From NCBI GenBank assembly GCA_964385685.1, contig CAYLQD010000001.1, positions 13,432 through 77,431 of the forward strand: 64,000 nt of DNA, given 5' to 3'. Shown piece after piece: positions 28,901 through 38,683 of this stretch; position 1 is the stretch's first letter, and each line of letters starts with the position of its first letter. The notes beneath the pieces were generated by a model. That model had not been told where the DNA came from, made no database searches, and worked only from the letters and a program-made list of their open reading frames with translations. Source of the stretch: an uncultured Planctomycetota bacterium. GTDB taxonomy: Bacteria > Planctomycetota > PUPC01. Both the position numbers and the translations under genes were made by a program.

Positions 28901-30609
28901 GTGTCGCCGCTTTCGAACTGCGTGCTGAACGGGTGGACGGCCACCTCCTTGTCGGCGGCAACACGGCGCGGGGCGGGCCGCATGCCCTCGCTGAACGCGG
29001 TGGCGAGGAACTTGGGTGCCGCCGCGAGTTCCCCGAGGGCGCCTCTCGCGTCGTTCTGGTTGGCGGTGAAGAGACGCGACATCCGATACGTCAGGCCGGC
29101 CTCTCGGGCGACCGAGGCGAGCGGGAGTATTCCGCCGTCGTTGTCCTGTGCCTTCCGGGCGACCTCGCTGAGCGCGCGGGCGGCCGCCTGGCGCGCGCGG
29201 ACGGCCTTCCTCATCTCCAGGATTTCCTCCCGGACCTCCGCGAGCAGCTTGGGCGTCTCGCCGTCGTCGGACAGGAACGCGCGGGTCTTGTGCTGTTCGT
29301 AGTAGCGCGCGATCTCGCTCTCGGTGACACGAACGCGCCGCCGCAGCTCGGCCAGGTCGGCGGCGGCGTACTCGATCTGGACCTGCGCCTCCTGCCTGTA
29401 AGCGAACGAGGTCACGTCGGGCCTGCGAGCGATGTTCTTGTGTCGCTCGTAGAAAGCCTGCACGTCGTCGGGGTTCAGCGGTTCCTGCCGGTCGACGAAC
29501 CCCTCGACAGGCACGGGAACCAGCAGACCCGTCACGGTCTGGCCCAGCCACGCGGCCCACTGCTCGCGGGCATCCTGAGAGGTCGGCGACCCGCCTCTGG
29601 CGGGCCCGCATACGGTGCGGACGAACTTTCGGACGGTGAGGAACTCGTCGATCGTCCGGCGGACCTGCCCCGGGGCCATCTGGGCCTTCTCACGAATGAC
29701 GGCCGCGTGGTCGGGGTAGGTGCGGGTCGTTGTGAACTTGCCGTTGAGCCAGCCCTCGTCGTGTGCGAAGAGGGTGCCGTCGGAGGCGATGCCGGCCGAT
29801 GTGGCGACGACGCGCAGGACGACACGTTTGTCGCCGACCGTCCAGACACGGCCGGGCACGCCCGGGCGGGCCCGGAACAATTCCGCGCTGATTCCCTCGG
29901 GAGCGTTCGCGCCAAGCCGCCGGGACAGCTCCGCGCGGAACGTATCCGGGGAGAGGCGCTTGAGCCGCCCCCACTGGAGCCCCGATTCCTTCGCAACGTT
30001 CGCGAAGGCCGTCTGCCATTGTCTCTTCTGCTGGGGCATCTTGGCGAGCGCGCCGACGGCTTGGTTGATCTGCGCGAGAGCCGCCTCGCCCGCCAGCTTC
30101 TTCTTGACGGTGTCGCGGACGCGGTCCTTGACCGCTTCGAACGTCTCAGACTTGTCCGGCCACGTGGCGTCGTAGTGGGCCTTCAGTTCCGCGTCGGTCG
30201 GCTCGATGTTCTTGGTGAGCTCCGCCGGATCGGCGGCGACGTACTCGATGTTGATATGGATCGGGGGATACCGGAGGAGCTTCCTGGTTACGGCATCGGG
30301 GCCGACCCGAACACCGTGCCTGCGACCCGCGCGATGCAGAACGAACAACCGCTCTATGGGGTCCTCGACGTCACCGACCAGCGCGGGGGCCTCCGGATCC
30401 GAGGTCATGAGCCAGACGAGGAGGGTCTGCCACCGGCGTGAGAAGTCCGCTCTCTCGGTCCACGTCACCGGTTCGCCGTAGAAGGTGCTGACGATCTGGT
30501 CGCCCGGGCCCCGCTGGCACCCGCCCCTTGGGACCGCAAAGACGGCCATCAGGAACGCGGCCAGCAACACCAGCAGCCACTTCTGATACTTATCGAACGT
30601 CCTGAACAT
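25993..30609 (-). CDS. giant membrane-anchored periplasmic chaperone with repeated SurA-N/PpiD-like modules and degenerate parvulin-like domains
   Basis: 1538 aa from ATG 30609 ([25 protein letters not shown] signal anchor). At least 7 recurrences of the SurA_N-type motif ([DE]xx[AK]xYYExH...). Two parvulin-like segments lack the catalytic His ([33 protein letters not shown]). Confidence 0.55.
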   Translation of the reverse strand: MFRTFDKYQKWLLVLLAAFLMAVFAVPRGGCQRGPGDQIVSTFYGEPVTWTERADFSRRWQTLLVWLMTSDPEAPALVGDVEDPIERLFVLHRAGRRHGVRVGPDAVTRKLLRYPPIHINIEYVAADPAELTKNIEPTDAELKAHYDATWPDKSETFEAVKDRVRDTVKKKLAGEAALAQINQAVGALAKMPQQKRQWQTAFANVAKESGLQWGRLKRLSPDTFRAELSRRLGANAPEGISAELFRARPGVPGRVWTVGDKRVVLRVVATSAGIASDGTLFAHDEGWLNGKFTTTRTYPDHAAVIREKAQMAPGQVRRTIDEFLTVRKFVRTVCGPARGGSPTSQDAREQWAAWLGQTVTGLLVPVPVEGFVDRQEPLNPDDVQAFYERHKNIARRPDVTSFAYRQEAQVQIEYAAADLAELRRRVRVTESEIARYYEQHKTRAFLSDDGETPKLLAEVREEILEMRKAVRARQAAARALSEVARKAQDNDGGILPLASVAREAGLTYRMSRLFTANQNDARGALGELAAAPKFLATAFSEGMRPAPRRVAADKEVAVHPFSTQFESGDTMFAFRVMAYRGPHSIVYSTLSPRLEARVTRDFRHARAVDRARDAAQQIRVDIARAFLAAVAAENKLALKATAVKTAGDGAAAIPPALVRRVKDAAPGTIIPMAREGETYYTAAVANPDPETRTQTIEFVRLTPKEFTAVVPPANNAIDERARAIRDAALEKETKAEDTDDDKPKPEPTEDQVKQAEAELIEEWKRGDFEARYNEYLALRLSEVFREHFKANPLRIPRTASLDAATSGFFHIDDDFLLGGNPGIVKAAFALKKGDLSAVLTDKSAAAILHLAEEETRDERKIEFVSVDPTDPNAYDPLSVKVNEGEAAEYYEAHREEFREPARARAEFLFVSFDEVARLFKKNIPGKDVEAYFQERATTTYKDRELDRALQREIRAELARRHATSGGAQQMIAAARMAATAKPIPLAQVAAANAKLPLVSGTTPPLAADDVVVPRVGFAPALVKAITEAPDGVLSEPVLTGNGWALFRVFEKKDSRIPELKDALVGVRRAAREALLAARAEAALNKVRAYLAAHPGTSLGDALARPELAEDLPFAPSVQTTPFFDKERAAEQPFVTEALRDAVLATEPGRPTAVVKSPSVLQLARVREARKNRVVKVDYIRVDAALFSPMQTVSGEDAKAHYNAHKADYARPRRFELECLRPDSAKIKADISPDDDAVAAAYEQLLHRFPDRKNPGAYLSLQVVRNDVVGQLKTHRSRTEANDLFEEAAAVVAKDAKRPLDEIAKDLKKLRTHSVKHEPGPDAAPPLRGVPGLDAFLGAAKEGDTSPVLRTLDGPMIVRVTKVLAAGAPPFEDVEERVREDVARIRGLDMAKALAEQVRAKLASPPSLAAMQAAAADFKVDTFHVEPLGVQDTGPVSIPGLQQIARQIRYYPQMMFRYRTMNELLSLRLAEVGGPFVPGNRTDECYLAVLTRIQPPDRRMATLLGSGLAQATFRERFRQLIAELEDHYIRPGRAGTGAR

Positions 30610-30632
30610 CTCGGCCTCTCCAACAGAGCGCG

Positions 30633-31652
30633 CTAGAATTGCTTGAGGAAGCGGGCGTCGTTCTCGTAGAACAACCGGATATCGTCGATCCCGAGCTTGA
30701 GCATCGCGATCCGGTCGATACCCATCCCGAACGCGAAACCGGTGTATCGCTCGGGGTCGTAGCCCACGTGGCGGAACACCTCGGGGTCGACCATGCCCGC
30801 GCCGAGCACCTCGATCCACCCCGACTGGCCGCAGACCTTGCAGCCGCCGCCGGAGCAGAACGGGCAGGACACGTCGACCTCGGCGCTGGGCTCGGTGAAC
30901 GGGAAGAATGAAGGGCGGAACCGCGTCTTCGTCTGCTCGCCGAAGACCTCCTGCATGGCCATGCTGAGCACGGCCTTCAGGTCGGCGAACGTGACGTGCT
31001 CGTCGACATAGAGCCCTTCGAGCTGGTGGAACACGGGGAAGTGGCTGGCGTCGACGGTGTCGGGCCGGAATACGCGTCCGGGCACGACGATCCGGAGCGG
31101 CGGCTGCCGCGATTCCATCACGTGGATCTGCACGGGCGACGTGTGGCTCCGCAGCAGGTGCTTGTGCCCGCCATCGCATTCGAGGTAGAGCGTGTCGAAA
31201 CTGTCCCTGGACGGATGGTCGGGCGGGATGTTGAGTGCGTCGAAGTTGTGGTATTCGTCGTCGATCTCGGGGCCGTAGGCCGTCTCGAACCCGAGCCGGG
31301 CGAAGATCGCGACGAGTTCATCGTTCGTCTGCGTGATCGGATGGCGGGTGCCGAGCCGCCGGCGGGTGCCGGGCACGGTCACGTCGATTGCCGGGCCGGC
31401 GGAGCGAGGCGCGGCCACGCCGTCCTGTCGCCCGGCCAGGGCCTGTTCGATGGCGCGCTTGACCTCGTTGGCCAACTTGCCGGCTGCGGGTTTCTCGTCG
31501 GGCGGAAGCTGGGGCAGGCGGGTCATCAGCGCCTTGAGCGCGCCCTTGCGCCCGAGGTACTGGACGCGCAGGGCTTCGAGCGCGGCGGCGTCGGGCGCGG
31601 CGGCGATGGCCGCGACGGCTTCGTCACGCAGGGCTTCCAGGTCGGTCAGCAT
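30633..31652 (-). CDS. pheS: phenylalanine--tRNA ligase alpha subunit
   Basis: Class II aaRS motifs (HPSRDSFDTLYL, FRPSFFPFTEPS). 339 aa. Confidence 0.9.
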   Translation of the reverse strand: MLTDLEALRDEAVAAIAAAPDAAALEALRVQYLGRKGALKALMTRLPQLPPDEKPAAGKLANEVKRAIEQALAGRQDGVAAPRSAGPAIDVTVPGTRRRLGTRHPITQTNDELVAIFARLGFETAYGPEIDDEYHNFDALNIPPDHPSRDSFDTLYLECDGGHKHLLRSHTSPVQIHVMESRQPPLRIVVPGRVFRPDTVDASHFPVFHQLEGLYVDEHVTFADLKAVLSMAMQEVFGEQTKTRFRPSFFPFTEPSAEVDVSCPFCSGGGCKVCGQSGWIEVLGAGMVDPEVFRHVGYDPERYTGFAFGMGIDRIAMLKLGIDDIRLFYENDARFLKQF

Positions 31653-31655
31653 GGC

Positions 31656-32009
31656 TCACGCCGCCTTGAGGGCGGTCTCCACGAGCGCGTCGAACGCGGC
31701 GGCGTCGGCGATGGCGATCTCGGACAGCATCTTCCGGTTGACCTCGACGTTCGCCTTCTTCAGCCCGCTCATGAACTTGCTGTAGCTGATGTCGCGCATG
31801 CGGCAGGCGGCGCTGATGCGGGTGATCCACAGGCGCCGAAATTCGCGTTTCTTGCGCTTGCGGTCCTTGTAGGCGCTCGCCATCGCGCGGTCGACGGCGT
31901 CGGCCGCGGTGCGGAGCCGCCGGCTGCGGGCGCCGTAGAACCCCTTGGCGGCTTTCAGGATACCCTTGCGGCGGCGTCGCCGGGCGGGGGCGTTGGTCGC
32001 TCTGGGCAT
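31656..32009 (-). CDS. rplT: 50S ribosomal protein L20
   Basis: [17 protein letters not shown]20 signature. Confidence 0.9.
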   Translation of the reverse strand: MPRATNAPARRRRRKGILKAAKGFYGARSRRLRTAADAVDRAMASAYKDRKRKKREFRRLWITRISAACRMRDISYSKFMSGLKKANVEVNRKMLSEIAIADAAAFDALVETALKAA

Positions 32010-32036
32010 TGGGGACCTCCTTCGACAGAATGGCTG

Positions 32037-32228
32037 TTATGTCATGGAGCGCTTCACGCGCGCCGAGTCGACGGCCGCGACGACGACGGACTTGCGGAGC
32101 TGCCGCTTGCGCTTGCGGCTCTTGCTCGACAGCAGGTGCCGCCGGCCCGCTTTCCGGCGCATGACCTTGCCGGTTTTCGTAACGCGGACGCGTTTCGACA
32201 CCCCTTTTCGGGTCTTTTGTTTCGGCAT
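32037..32228 (-). CDS. rpmI: 50S ribosomal protein L35
   Basis: [31 protein letters not shown]. Start at ATG 32228. Confidence 0.85.
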   Translation of the reverse strand: MPKQKTRKGVSKRVRVTKTGKVMRRKAGRRHLLSSKSRKRKRQLRKSVVVAAVDSARVKRSMT

Positions 32229-32328
32229 GGATAAAACCTCCGGCGTCAGGATCAAATCGCCCGGCGACAGTGCGGCTCCCCCGCGATCCCCCCGGGAACG
32301 CGGCAGGAACGGCTGCTCGGGCGGTTGT

Positions 32329-32835
32329 CTATTTCGGCGTCATCAGGACGGACATGCGGCGCCCTTCCCGTTTCATTGGCGTCTCGACCTTGGCGATGTC
32401 TTCGAGCTGTTCGACGACCCTCGCCAGCACGGCTTGGCCGACCTCGATGTGGGCGAGTTCGCGGCCGCTGTAGACCATGGAGAACAGGACCTTGTCGCCC
32501 CGCGCGAAGAACTCGCGCGCGTGGTCCAGGCGATAGCTGATATCGTGCGGGCCGGTCTTCGGATGCAGCCGAATCTCTTTGATGTGCTGCACGTGCGACT
32601 TCGACTGATGGGTCTGGCGCTTCCGCTTGTACTTGTACTTGCCGTAGTCCATCAGCTTGCAGACCGGCGGGTCGCCGTCGGCCATGACCTGCACGAGGTC
32701 CATCTCGGCCGCCTTCGCCGCGTTCAGGGCGTCGGCCTTCGACACGATGCCCTGCTGCTCTCCGTCCTGGCTGATGAGTCGGACCTGGGTTGCCTTGATC
32801 TCTTCATTGACCGCAAGTCGCTTGCTGTCGGCCGT
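32329..32835 (-). CDS. infC: translation initiation factor IF-3 (non-canonical initiation codon)
   Basis: Conserved N-terminus [24 protein letters not shown] lies upstream of the first GTG/ATG. Between the in-frame TGA (32841-32839) and that conserved N-terminus there is no ATG/GTG/TTG. AAGGAGG SD sits at about 32842-32848. Confidence 0.8.
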   Translation of the reverse strand, partial: TADSKRLAVNEEIKATQVRLISQDGEQQGIVSKADALNAAKAAEMDLVQVMADGDPPVCKLMDYGKYKYKRKRQTHQSKSHVQHIKEIRLHPKTGPHDISYRLDHAREFFARGDKVLFSMVYSGRELAHIEVGQAVLARVVEQLEDIAKVETPMKREGRRMSVLMTPK

Positions 32836-32891
32836 CGTTCACCTCCTTGGGCCTGGGGCCCGGTAAAACCAAACGTGTTGCGGCTCCGGCC

Positions 32892-34817
32892 TCACCGCTT
32901 CTCGCTGATGTCCTCGAGCATGGTGCCGATCAAGTCGTCCAGGACGATGGAGCCGGCGTCGCCCTCTTTATAGGTTCGCACGGAGACCTCGCCGGACTCG
33001 ACCTCGCGGTCTCCGATGATCAACATGTACGGGACCTTCTGCGTCGTGTGCTCGCGGATCTTGGCGCCCATCTTCTCGCTGCGCGAGTCGAGCGTGACGC
33101 GGATGCCGGCCGCGGCGAGTTTGTCGCGCACCGCTTCGCCGCGAGCGTGGTGTCGCTCGGTGATGGGGATGACGGCCGCCTGGACGGGCGCGAGCCACAT
33201 GGGGAACGCTCCGCCGTAATGTTCGACGAGGCAGCCGAAGAACCGCTCGATCGACCCCATCAGGGCGCGGTGGATCATGATCGGCTGGTGGGCGGCTCCG
33301 TCCGATCCGGTGTAGGTCATGTCGAACCGGTCAGGGATGTTGAAGTCGACTTGGATGGTGGAGCACTGCCAGACGCGCTTGAGCGAGTCGCGGATGTTGA
33401 GGTCGATCTTGGGCCCGTAGAAGGCGCCTTCGCCCTCCTGCACGATGTAGTCGAGCCGGCTGTTGGCGAGCGCGCGTTCGAGCGCCTCGGTCGACTTGTC
33501 CCAGTTCTCCTGCTCGCCGACGAACTTCGCGGGCTGCGTGCTCAGGGCCACGTCGAAGTCGTCGAACCCGAACGTGCGGAGGATGGTGAGCGTGAAGTCG
33601 AGGGTCTTCTGGATCTCATCGTCGAGCTGATCGAGGCGGCAGAAGATGTGAGCGTCGTCCTGGGTGAAGCCGCGCACGCGCAGGAGGCCGTGGAGCACGC
33701 CGGGCTTCTCATAGCGATAGACGGTGCCCAGCTCGGCCCACCGCATCGGGAACTCGCGGTAGCTGCGGCGTCGGCTCTTGTAGATCTGAATATGAAACGG
33801 GCAGTTCATCGGCTTGATCTGGTACTGCTGCTCGTCGATCTGCATCGGCGCGTACATGTTGTCGCGGTAGAAGCCGGTGTGCCCGCTGCGGTCCCAGAGC
33901 TGGAGCCGGCCGATGTGGGGCGTGTAGATGATTTCGTAGCCGTGCTCGAAGTGGGCGTCGCGCCAGAAGCGCTCGATGATGGTGCGGATGCGGCCGCCTT
34001 TGGGGTGCCAGAGGACGAGGCCCGGGCCGACGAGGTCGTCGGTCGAGTACAGCTCGAGTTCCTTGGCGAGCCGCCGGTGGTCGCGCTTCTTCGCTTCTTC
34101 GACGAGGCGGAGGTGTTCGTCGAGCTGCTCCTGTGTCGGGAACGCGGTGCCGTAGATGCGCTGGAGCATGGCGTTGTGCTCGTCGCCACGCCAATAGGCG
34201 CCAGCGACGGACAGGAGCTTGACGGCGCCGATGCTGCCCGTGGCCGGGACGTGCGGCCCGCGGCAGACGTCGATGAAGTCGCCGCTCGTGTAGGTGCTGA
34301 CGGTCTCCGCCCCGGCCTGCTGAATCTCGTCGACGAGTTCCGCCTTGTATGTGTCGCCCTGCTCCCGGGCCTCGCGGAGCACGTCGCCGGCCGGGCGCTC
34401 GGCCCGGACGAAGGGGGCGTTTTCGGCGACGACCTTCGCCATCTCGGCTTCGATCTTCGGGAGGTCGTCTTCGGTGAGCCGGTGCTCGAGGTCGATATCG
34501 TAGTAGAAGCCGTCGCTGATCGCGGGGCCGATGGCGAACTTCGTGTCGGGCCAGAGGCGCCGGATAGCGGCGGCCATCACGTGGGACGCGCTGTGGCGGA
34601 GGATCTCGAGGCCGTCTTCGCTGTCGGGAAGGATGGGCTCGACGGCGCAGTCTGCGTCGATAGGGCGGGCCAGGTCGGCCGGGTCGCCGTCTATGTTCAC
34701 CCCGACGGGTTGCGGGGTGTCTTGTGCGCCCGATTCGTTCTCGGCGAGTATCTCGGCGGCGGTTACGCCTTCCGGATACTGCTTCACCTGGCCGTCGGGC
34801 AGCCGGATGTTGACCAA
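32892..34817 (-). CDS. thrS: threonine--tRNA ligase
   Basis: TGS, second-additional, class II catalytic and anticodon-binding domains. TTG start at 34817 with AAGGAGG SD. Confidence 0.9.
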   Translation of the reverse strand: MVNIRLPDGQVKQYPEGVTAAEILAENESGAQDTPQPVGVNIDGDPADLARPIDADCAVEPILPDSEDGLEILRHSASHVMAAAIRRLWPDTKFAIGPAISDGFYYDIDLEHRLTEDDLPKIEAEMAKVVAENAPFVRAERPAGDVLREAREQGDTYKAELVDEIQQAGAETVSTYTSGDFIDVCRGPHVPATGSIGAVKLLSVAGAYWRGDEHNAMLQRIYGTAFPTQEQLDEHLRLVEEAKKRDHRRLAKELELYSTDDLVGPGLVLWHPKGGRIRTIIERFWRDAHFEHGYEIIYTPHIGRLQLWDRSGHTGFYRDNMYAPMQIDEQQYQIKPMNCPFHIQIYKSRRRSYREFPMRWAELGTVYRYEKPGVLHGLLRVRGFTQDDAHIFCRLDQLDDEIQKTLDFTLTILRTFGFDDFDVALSTQPAKFVGEQENWDKSTEALERALANSRLDYIVQEGEGAFYGPKIDLNIRDSLKRVWQCSTIQVDFNIPDRFDMTYTGSDGAAHQPIMIHRALMGSIERFFGCLVEHYGGAFPMWLAPVQAAVIPITERHHARGEAVRDKLAAAGIRVTLDSRSEKMGAKIREHTTQKVPYMLIIGDREVESGEVSVRTYKEGDAGSIVLDDLIGTMLEDISEKR

Positions 34818-34923
34818 CGTGCCTCCTTGTTAATGCAGCTCGTGGCGCGTCTCGCTTCCGCCCGGGTTACGCCGGACAGAGCGACTCGAATGGCCCGCTA
34901 TGAGCGAGCAAAGCGAGTCGAAT

Positions 34924-35000
34924 GGTGGGCGATACTGGATTCGAACCAGTGACCTCTTGCTTGTCGAGCAAGCGCTCTAAACCAACTGAGCTAATCGCCC
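34924..35000 (-). tRNA. tRNA-Val (anticodon GAC), CCA encoded
   Basis: GGGCGATTAGCTCAGTTGGTTTAGAGCGCTTGCTCGACAAGCAAGAGGTCACTGGTTCGAATCCAGTATCGCCCACCA folds into a perfect cloverleaf (7-bp acceptor, GCTC/GAGC D stem, CTTGC/GCAAG anticodon stem, TTCGAAT T loop). Position 33 is C. Confidence 0.8.
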
Positions 35001-35024
35001 ATTTGGCGAGACCCGAGAAAGCCG

Positions 35025-35052
35025 ATTATCCAATTCCGTTCGGTCTTGTCAA
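35025..35052 (-). promoter_or_regulatory. sigma70-like promoter for tRNA-Val (and probably thrS)
   Basis: Minus-strand TTGACA (35052-35047), 16-nt spacer, GATAAT (35030-35025). tRNA 5' end about 25 nt downstream. Confidence 0.5.
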
Positions 35053-35298
35053 GAGCATGCCGCGCATGTGAGAGCCATACACAATGTGGTGTCGCGGTAG
35101 ATGAACGCGCGGCGTTTCGACCCAGCCCCATGGGCAAGGATCGGTGGCCGCACACGTGGCCGCCGGTGAGGCCCGAAGGCGCTATGTCGAATGCTCCGGG
35201 TGCATGTTGGGCCGGTTGCCTCACTAGGCGCGACTAATCGGGGCCCCTGGCCTTGGCGGGCCTTAGCGTCCGGCCGCAGGCGCCCCCGAGCTGAGTGC

Positions 35299-35880
35299 TC
35301 AGCGCGCCTCGGTCGTGCGCGAGAAGAATGGCTCCAGCTGTTTCGAGAAAAGGTCCAACAGTCTCGCCAGGACGGGCAGGAGCACACGATAGGCCGTCAA
35401 CTGCACGAGCGGTTGCGAGTCATCTGTCTCAAGCCAAGTTGTTATATGCGCAACCAGGTCTCGTATGGGGCCCACGAGGGCTTCGGCGCCTTGAAGTCTG
35501 CCGTGTGCTTGGAGGGCCCGTCCGAGGTTGTCGGACAACAAGTCCTTCGCCAGTCCTCGGTGCCACGCGTCCCACTCTTGCCGCCAGCTAACGCGACGGT
35601 TGAGTAGTCTCGCTGTGTCCTCGGCGGGAAGTCCTTGCGCGACGGTAGATAGGTCCCCCGAGCTGTGGTCTATCTCGGCCGCGGTCCTCCACGCGCACTT
35701 GTAGCTCTCGAAAAGCTCGTCGTTGACCTCACGAGGAAGGCTTTTCCGTTTGCCCCAGAAACACACGAGATCCTCTTCCTCCTCAAAGAGCCGACACCCG
35801 TGCGAAAGACCCCTTCGGTTTCGTTGGAGCCTCCCGGTCTTGGCGCGCCCTGTGTGCCGGAGCGTGAGATGACGTCCCAC
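35299..35880 (-). CDS. hypothetical protein (low-GC cassette gene 4)
   Basis: Foreign codon usage. GTG 35880 with GGGGAG SD, 5 nt after the upstream TGA. The same frame is open back to 36042, so a frameshifted fusion with the upstream gene cannot be excluded. Confidence 0.35.
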   Translation of the reverse strand: MGRHLTLRHTGRAKTGRLQRNRRGLSHGCRLFEEEEDLVCFWGKRKSLPREVNDELFESYKCAWRTAAEIDHSSGDLSTVAQGLPAEDTARLLNRRVSWRQEWDAWHRGLAKDLLSDNLGRALQAHGRLQGAEALVGPIRDLVAHITTWLETDDSQPLVQLTAYRVLLPVLARLLDLFSKQLEPFFSRTTEAR

Positions 35881-35885
35881 GTGCG

Positions 35886-36287
35886 TCAGTTCTCCCCGCG
35901 CTGCTCCAGAACGGCGCAAAGATGGGTGAGGTGCGTGTGGACAAGGTCGTCCATGGCCTCGATTGTCCGAAACCAGATATCGCGAACACGATCTAGCCCC
36001 GGGCTCCCGCTGGCCACGGGCAGCGCCTCCTCGGGGAACCACTTGGCCACTCTGCGCGCCGCGCGTCCGATGACTTGCTTCAGCACGCGGACTTCAATGT
36101 CTGGGTCCGAAGTTGATGCGGCAGGCGGAATATCGAGTCGGCTGAGGCCGCTCGCAAACGCGCGCCAAGCGCAAGCCACGTTCGCATGGGCGCGAGGGCC
36201 AAAATCCGCCTCTTCCGCCCATTGCCGAACCATCAGATTCAAGAAACCACGAACTCGTACCAAGCCGGCAAGAAAGCTTTCCTCCAT
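35886..36287 (-). CDS. hypothetical protein (low-GC cassette gene 3)
   Basis: 133 aa. ATG 36287 preceded by a GGGGGGGA SD. About 34% A/T at third positions. No recognisable motif. Confidence 0.4.
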   Translation of the reverse strand: MEESFLAGLVRVRGFLNLMVRQWAEEADFGPRAHANVACAWRAFASGLSRLDIPPAASTSDPDIEVRVLKQVIGRAARRVAKWFPEEALPVASGSPGLDRVRDIWFRTIEAMDDLVHTHLTHLCAVLEQRGEN

Positions 36288-36335
36288 CGGTCCCCCCCGA
36301 TGCGATTGTTGTTCATGTGGCCGTGAACTATCTGG

Positions 36336-36668
36336 TCACAGCGCAGGAACGGCCCATCCGGACTGCACCAATTCTCTCAGTATACCGACCCGGTTCTCGA
36401 TGTTCTTCACATGCTGCCGTTGCTCATCGGTAGTTGCCAACTTCGAGGCGCGTTCATAGGAGCGGTCAAACAACTCTACACATTCGGTGGACATGCTTTC
36501 TGTCCACTGCTCAGGGAAGTACGCATGCGTGATGCACCCTACGCTCAGGACCATGCGCGAAGATTCGCAGATCTCCGACGTATCTGCCCCGAGCAGGGCG
36601 TTCCGGAGCTTGCCGGTCCATTCCTCATACATGTCCATCACGTCCTTGGCTTCCAGCACGTCTTCCAT
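36336..36668 (-). CDS. hypothetical protein (low-GC cassette gene 2)
   Basis: 110 aa, AAGGGGGAAGG SD abutting the ATG. Acidic, no recognisable motif. Confidence 0.4.
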   Translation of the reverse strand: MEDVLEAKDVMDMYEEWTGKLRNALLGADTSEICESSRMVLSVGCITHAYFPEQWTESMSTECVELFDRSYERASKLATTDEQRQHVKNIENRVGILRELVQSGWAVPAL

Positions 36669-36855
36669 CTTCCTTCCCCCTTATTCGTTGGCAGTCTTGT
36701 GCCTTCCACTGGCCACGGCGAAAGCGTCCTTCAGCCACTTGCGGGCGCTGAACGCGATAACGTTGCGCTCCACCCAACTGAGCGTTGCGCGTGGGAAAAA
36801 GACGCATGCACCCATAACGCAAATGCTGTGCCAGGCGTGCGTGTATTCGGGCGCA

Positions 36856-37122
36856 TTAATCGTTTCTCATTGCAGAGACAGAACTTAGGCGGCAGATGGT
36901 TGTTTCGAGCTTGGCGACGGAGGACTGAATCGTTGCATTTGCGGAACACCCAAGGAGCGCATCGTCGCTCCTGCGAAACGCAAGAACGTTGGATTTCTTC
37001 ATTGGCTCGACGAGACTCTCGGAATCGGCTTCCACACATACTATATCGGCATCGGCCGAGCAGTTCTTGAGTGCCTTCGAGCTGGCTTCGAACGTGGCGA
37101 ATTCAAGAGCGGAAACGGTCAC
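36856..37122 (-). CDS. hypothetical protein (low-GC cassette gene 1), translationally coupled to rplQ
   Basis: 88 aa. GTG start 37122-37120 overlaps the rplQ TGA 37121-37119 (GTGA). About 41% A/T at third positions. Confidence 0.4.
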   Translation of the reverse strand: MTVSALEFATFEASSKALKNCSADADIVCVEADSESLVEPMKKSNVLAFRRSDDALLGCSANATIQSSVAKLETTICRLSSVSAMRND

Positions 37123-37628
37123 TGGGCCTCCTGTTCTGCCTCCGCTTCGAGCCCGAGCTCTTCCTGCACTTCGGCCTCAGGTTCGGCCGGGGGCTCCGGC
37201 TCCTCGTCAAGGGCGACCTCGGGCCGCACGGGCGTGCCGCCCTCCTCGGCGAGTCCGACGAGTTCGAAGATGACTTGCTGGGCGGCATCCCCGACACGGC
37301 GCCGGCCGAGCCGCAGGATGCGGGTGTAGCCGCCGTTGCGGTCGGCGTAGCGCGGGGCGATCTCGGCGAAGAGCTTGCGGACGGCCTGCTTGTTTGGGAG
37401 CAGCTCGAGCGCCCGCCGCCGCGCGGCGAGCGTGCCCTTCTTGCCGAGGGTGACGAGGCGCTCGGCGAGCCGCCGGGCCTCCTTCGCCTTCTCGGGGGTC
37501 GTCTGGATTCGCTCGGCGTGCTCTTCGGTCGGCGTGGCGAGGAAGAGGGCTTCGACGAGGTTCCTCAGCAGGGCCCGTCGGGCTCCCGACCGGCGGCCGA
37601 GCTTTCTGTTGGCATTTCTATGACGCAT
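37119..37628 (-). CDS. rplQ: 50S ribosomal protein L17
   Basis: [25 protein letters not shown]17 N-terminus. Acidic Ala/Glu-rich C-terminal tail. Confidence 0.9.
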   Translation of the reverse strand: MRHRNANRKLGRRSGARRALLRNLVEALFLATPTEEHAERIQTTPEKAKEARRLAERLVTLGKKGTLAARRRALELLPNKQAVRKLFAEIAPRYADRNGGYTRILRLGRRRVGDAAQQVIFELVGLAEEGGTPVRPEVALDEEPEPPAEPEAEVQEELGLEAEAEQEAQ

Positions 37629-37659
37629 GCGGTTGCTTCCTGTTGCGGTCTCCGCTGGG

Positions 37660-38640
37660 TCAGTCGAGCATCATGCCCAACTGAAGATCGAGTTCGGACA
37701 GTTTTTCGACGATCTCAGTCAACGAGGTCTGGCCGAAGTTGCGCAAGCTCAGGAGATCGGCCTCGGTCTTGGTGACCAGGTCGCGCAGCGTGGCAAGCTT
37801 CTGCGACGCAAGGCAGTTGGCCGAGCGGACCGACAGGTCCAGTTCGTCGACCGATTTCGAGAGCAGTTTTTCCAGCTCGTTCTGGTGTTCGAGTTCTTTC
37901 TGCGCGGCGAGCTGAGCGGCCGCGTCTTCGATCGGCGGCCCCAGCTCGAAGTACTGCACGAACGGGTCGAGGTGCTTCCGGTAGATCCGCGCGGCCTCGA
38001 CGACGGCCATCTCGGGGTCGACGGTGCCGTCGGTCCAGACCTCGAGGGTCAGCCGGTCGTAGTCCGTTGCCTGCCCGACGCGGCAGTTCTCGATCGTTGG
38101 CTTGACCTTGACGACGGGGGAGAACACGCCGTCGAGCGCGATGTGCCCGATGTCCTCAGAGACAAACTCCTCGGCGACCTTATAGCCGCGGCCGGGCTGG
38201 GCCTCGAGGGTGGCGACGACCTTGCCGCCCTCGCTGACGGTCGCCAGGTGCAGGTCGGGGTTGGCGATCTCGACGTCGGCATCGTGCTGGATGTCGCCGG
38301 CGGTCACCTCGCCCTTGCGGCGGACGTCGAGCTGCAGCTCCTTGGGCCCGTCGGCATGCAGCCGGACGAGCACCTTCTTCAGGTTCAGGCAGATGTCCGT
38401 GACGTCTTCCACGACGCCGGGGAGCGTCTGGAACTGGTGCTGCACGCCGTCGAACCGGACGGACGTGACGGCGGCGCCGCGCAGCGACGACAGGAGCACG
38501 CGCCGGAGGCCGTTCCCGACCGTGATGCCGTATCCCCGTTCGAACGGCTCGGCCGTGAACTTGCCGTACGTTTCCGTGAGCGAGTCCTTGTCGCACACAA
38601 CTCGAACCGGAAGCTCAAAACCCATCCACCTCTTTCGCAT
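37660..38640 (-). CDS. rpoA: DNA-directed RNA polymerase subunit alpha
   Basis: NTD and CTD motifs ([17 protein letters not shown], ...[11 protein letters not shown]). Confidence 0.9.
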   Translation of the reverse strand: MRKRWMGFELPVRVVCDKDSLTETYGKFTAEPFERGYGITVGNGLRRVLLSSLRGAAVTSVRFDGVQHQFQTLPGVVEDVTDICLNLKKVLVRLHADGPKELQLDVRRKGEVTAGDIQHDADVEIANPDLHLATVSEGGKVVATLEAQPGRGYKVAEEFVSEDIGHIALDGVFSPVVKVKPTIENCRVGQATDYDRLTLEVWTDGTVDPEMAVVEAARIYRKHLDPFVQYFELGPPIEDAAAQLAAQKELEHQNELEKLLSKSVDELDLSVRSANCLASQKLATLRDLVTKTEADLLSLRNFGQTSLTEIVEKLSELDLQLGMMLD

Positions 38641-38683
38641 CGTGTCTCCTCCGCACCCTGAGCGAGTGGGGTCTGTGTTCTCT

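Larger units (their letters stand above)
35053..37122. other. low-GC four-gene cassette of unknown function inserted between rplQ and tRNA-Val
   Basis: Sharp composition shift (third-position A/T 34-41% versus under 10%). Four co-directional small ORFs with strong SDs. No similarity to known families recognised. Confidence 0.55.

Noticed and set aside
35299-36287. Single frameshifted pseudogene made of ORFs 35886..36287 and 35299..36042.
   Set aside because: The downstream frame has its own GTG (35880) with a GGGGAG SD placed 5 nt after the upstream TGA, typical of two coupled genes. A frameshift cannot be excluded, so both are reported as separate low-confidence CDS.
36745-36812. Rho-independent terminator after the 88-aa ORF (TTTTT run at about 36797-36801 on the minus strand).
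   Set aside because: Only weak, interrupted stems (GCATGC palindrome) precede the U-run. Not convincing enough to call.
34924-37122. Classical tRNA-integrated genomic island for the low-GC cassette next to tRNA-Val.
   Set aside because: Integrative elements insert at the 3' end of tRNA genes. The cassette lies on the 5' side of this minus-strand tRNA, and no integrase or flanking direct repeat of the tRNA 3' end was found.
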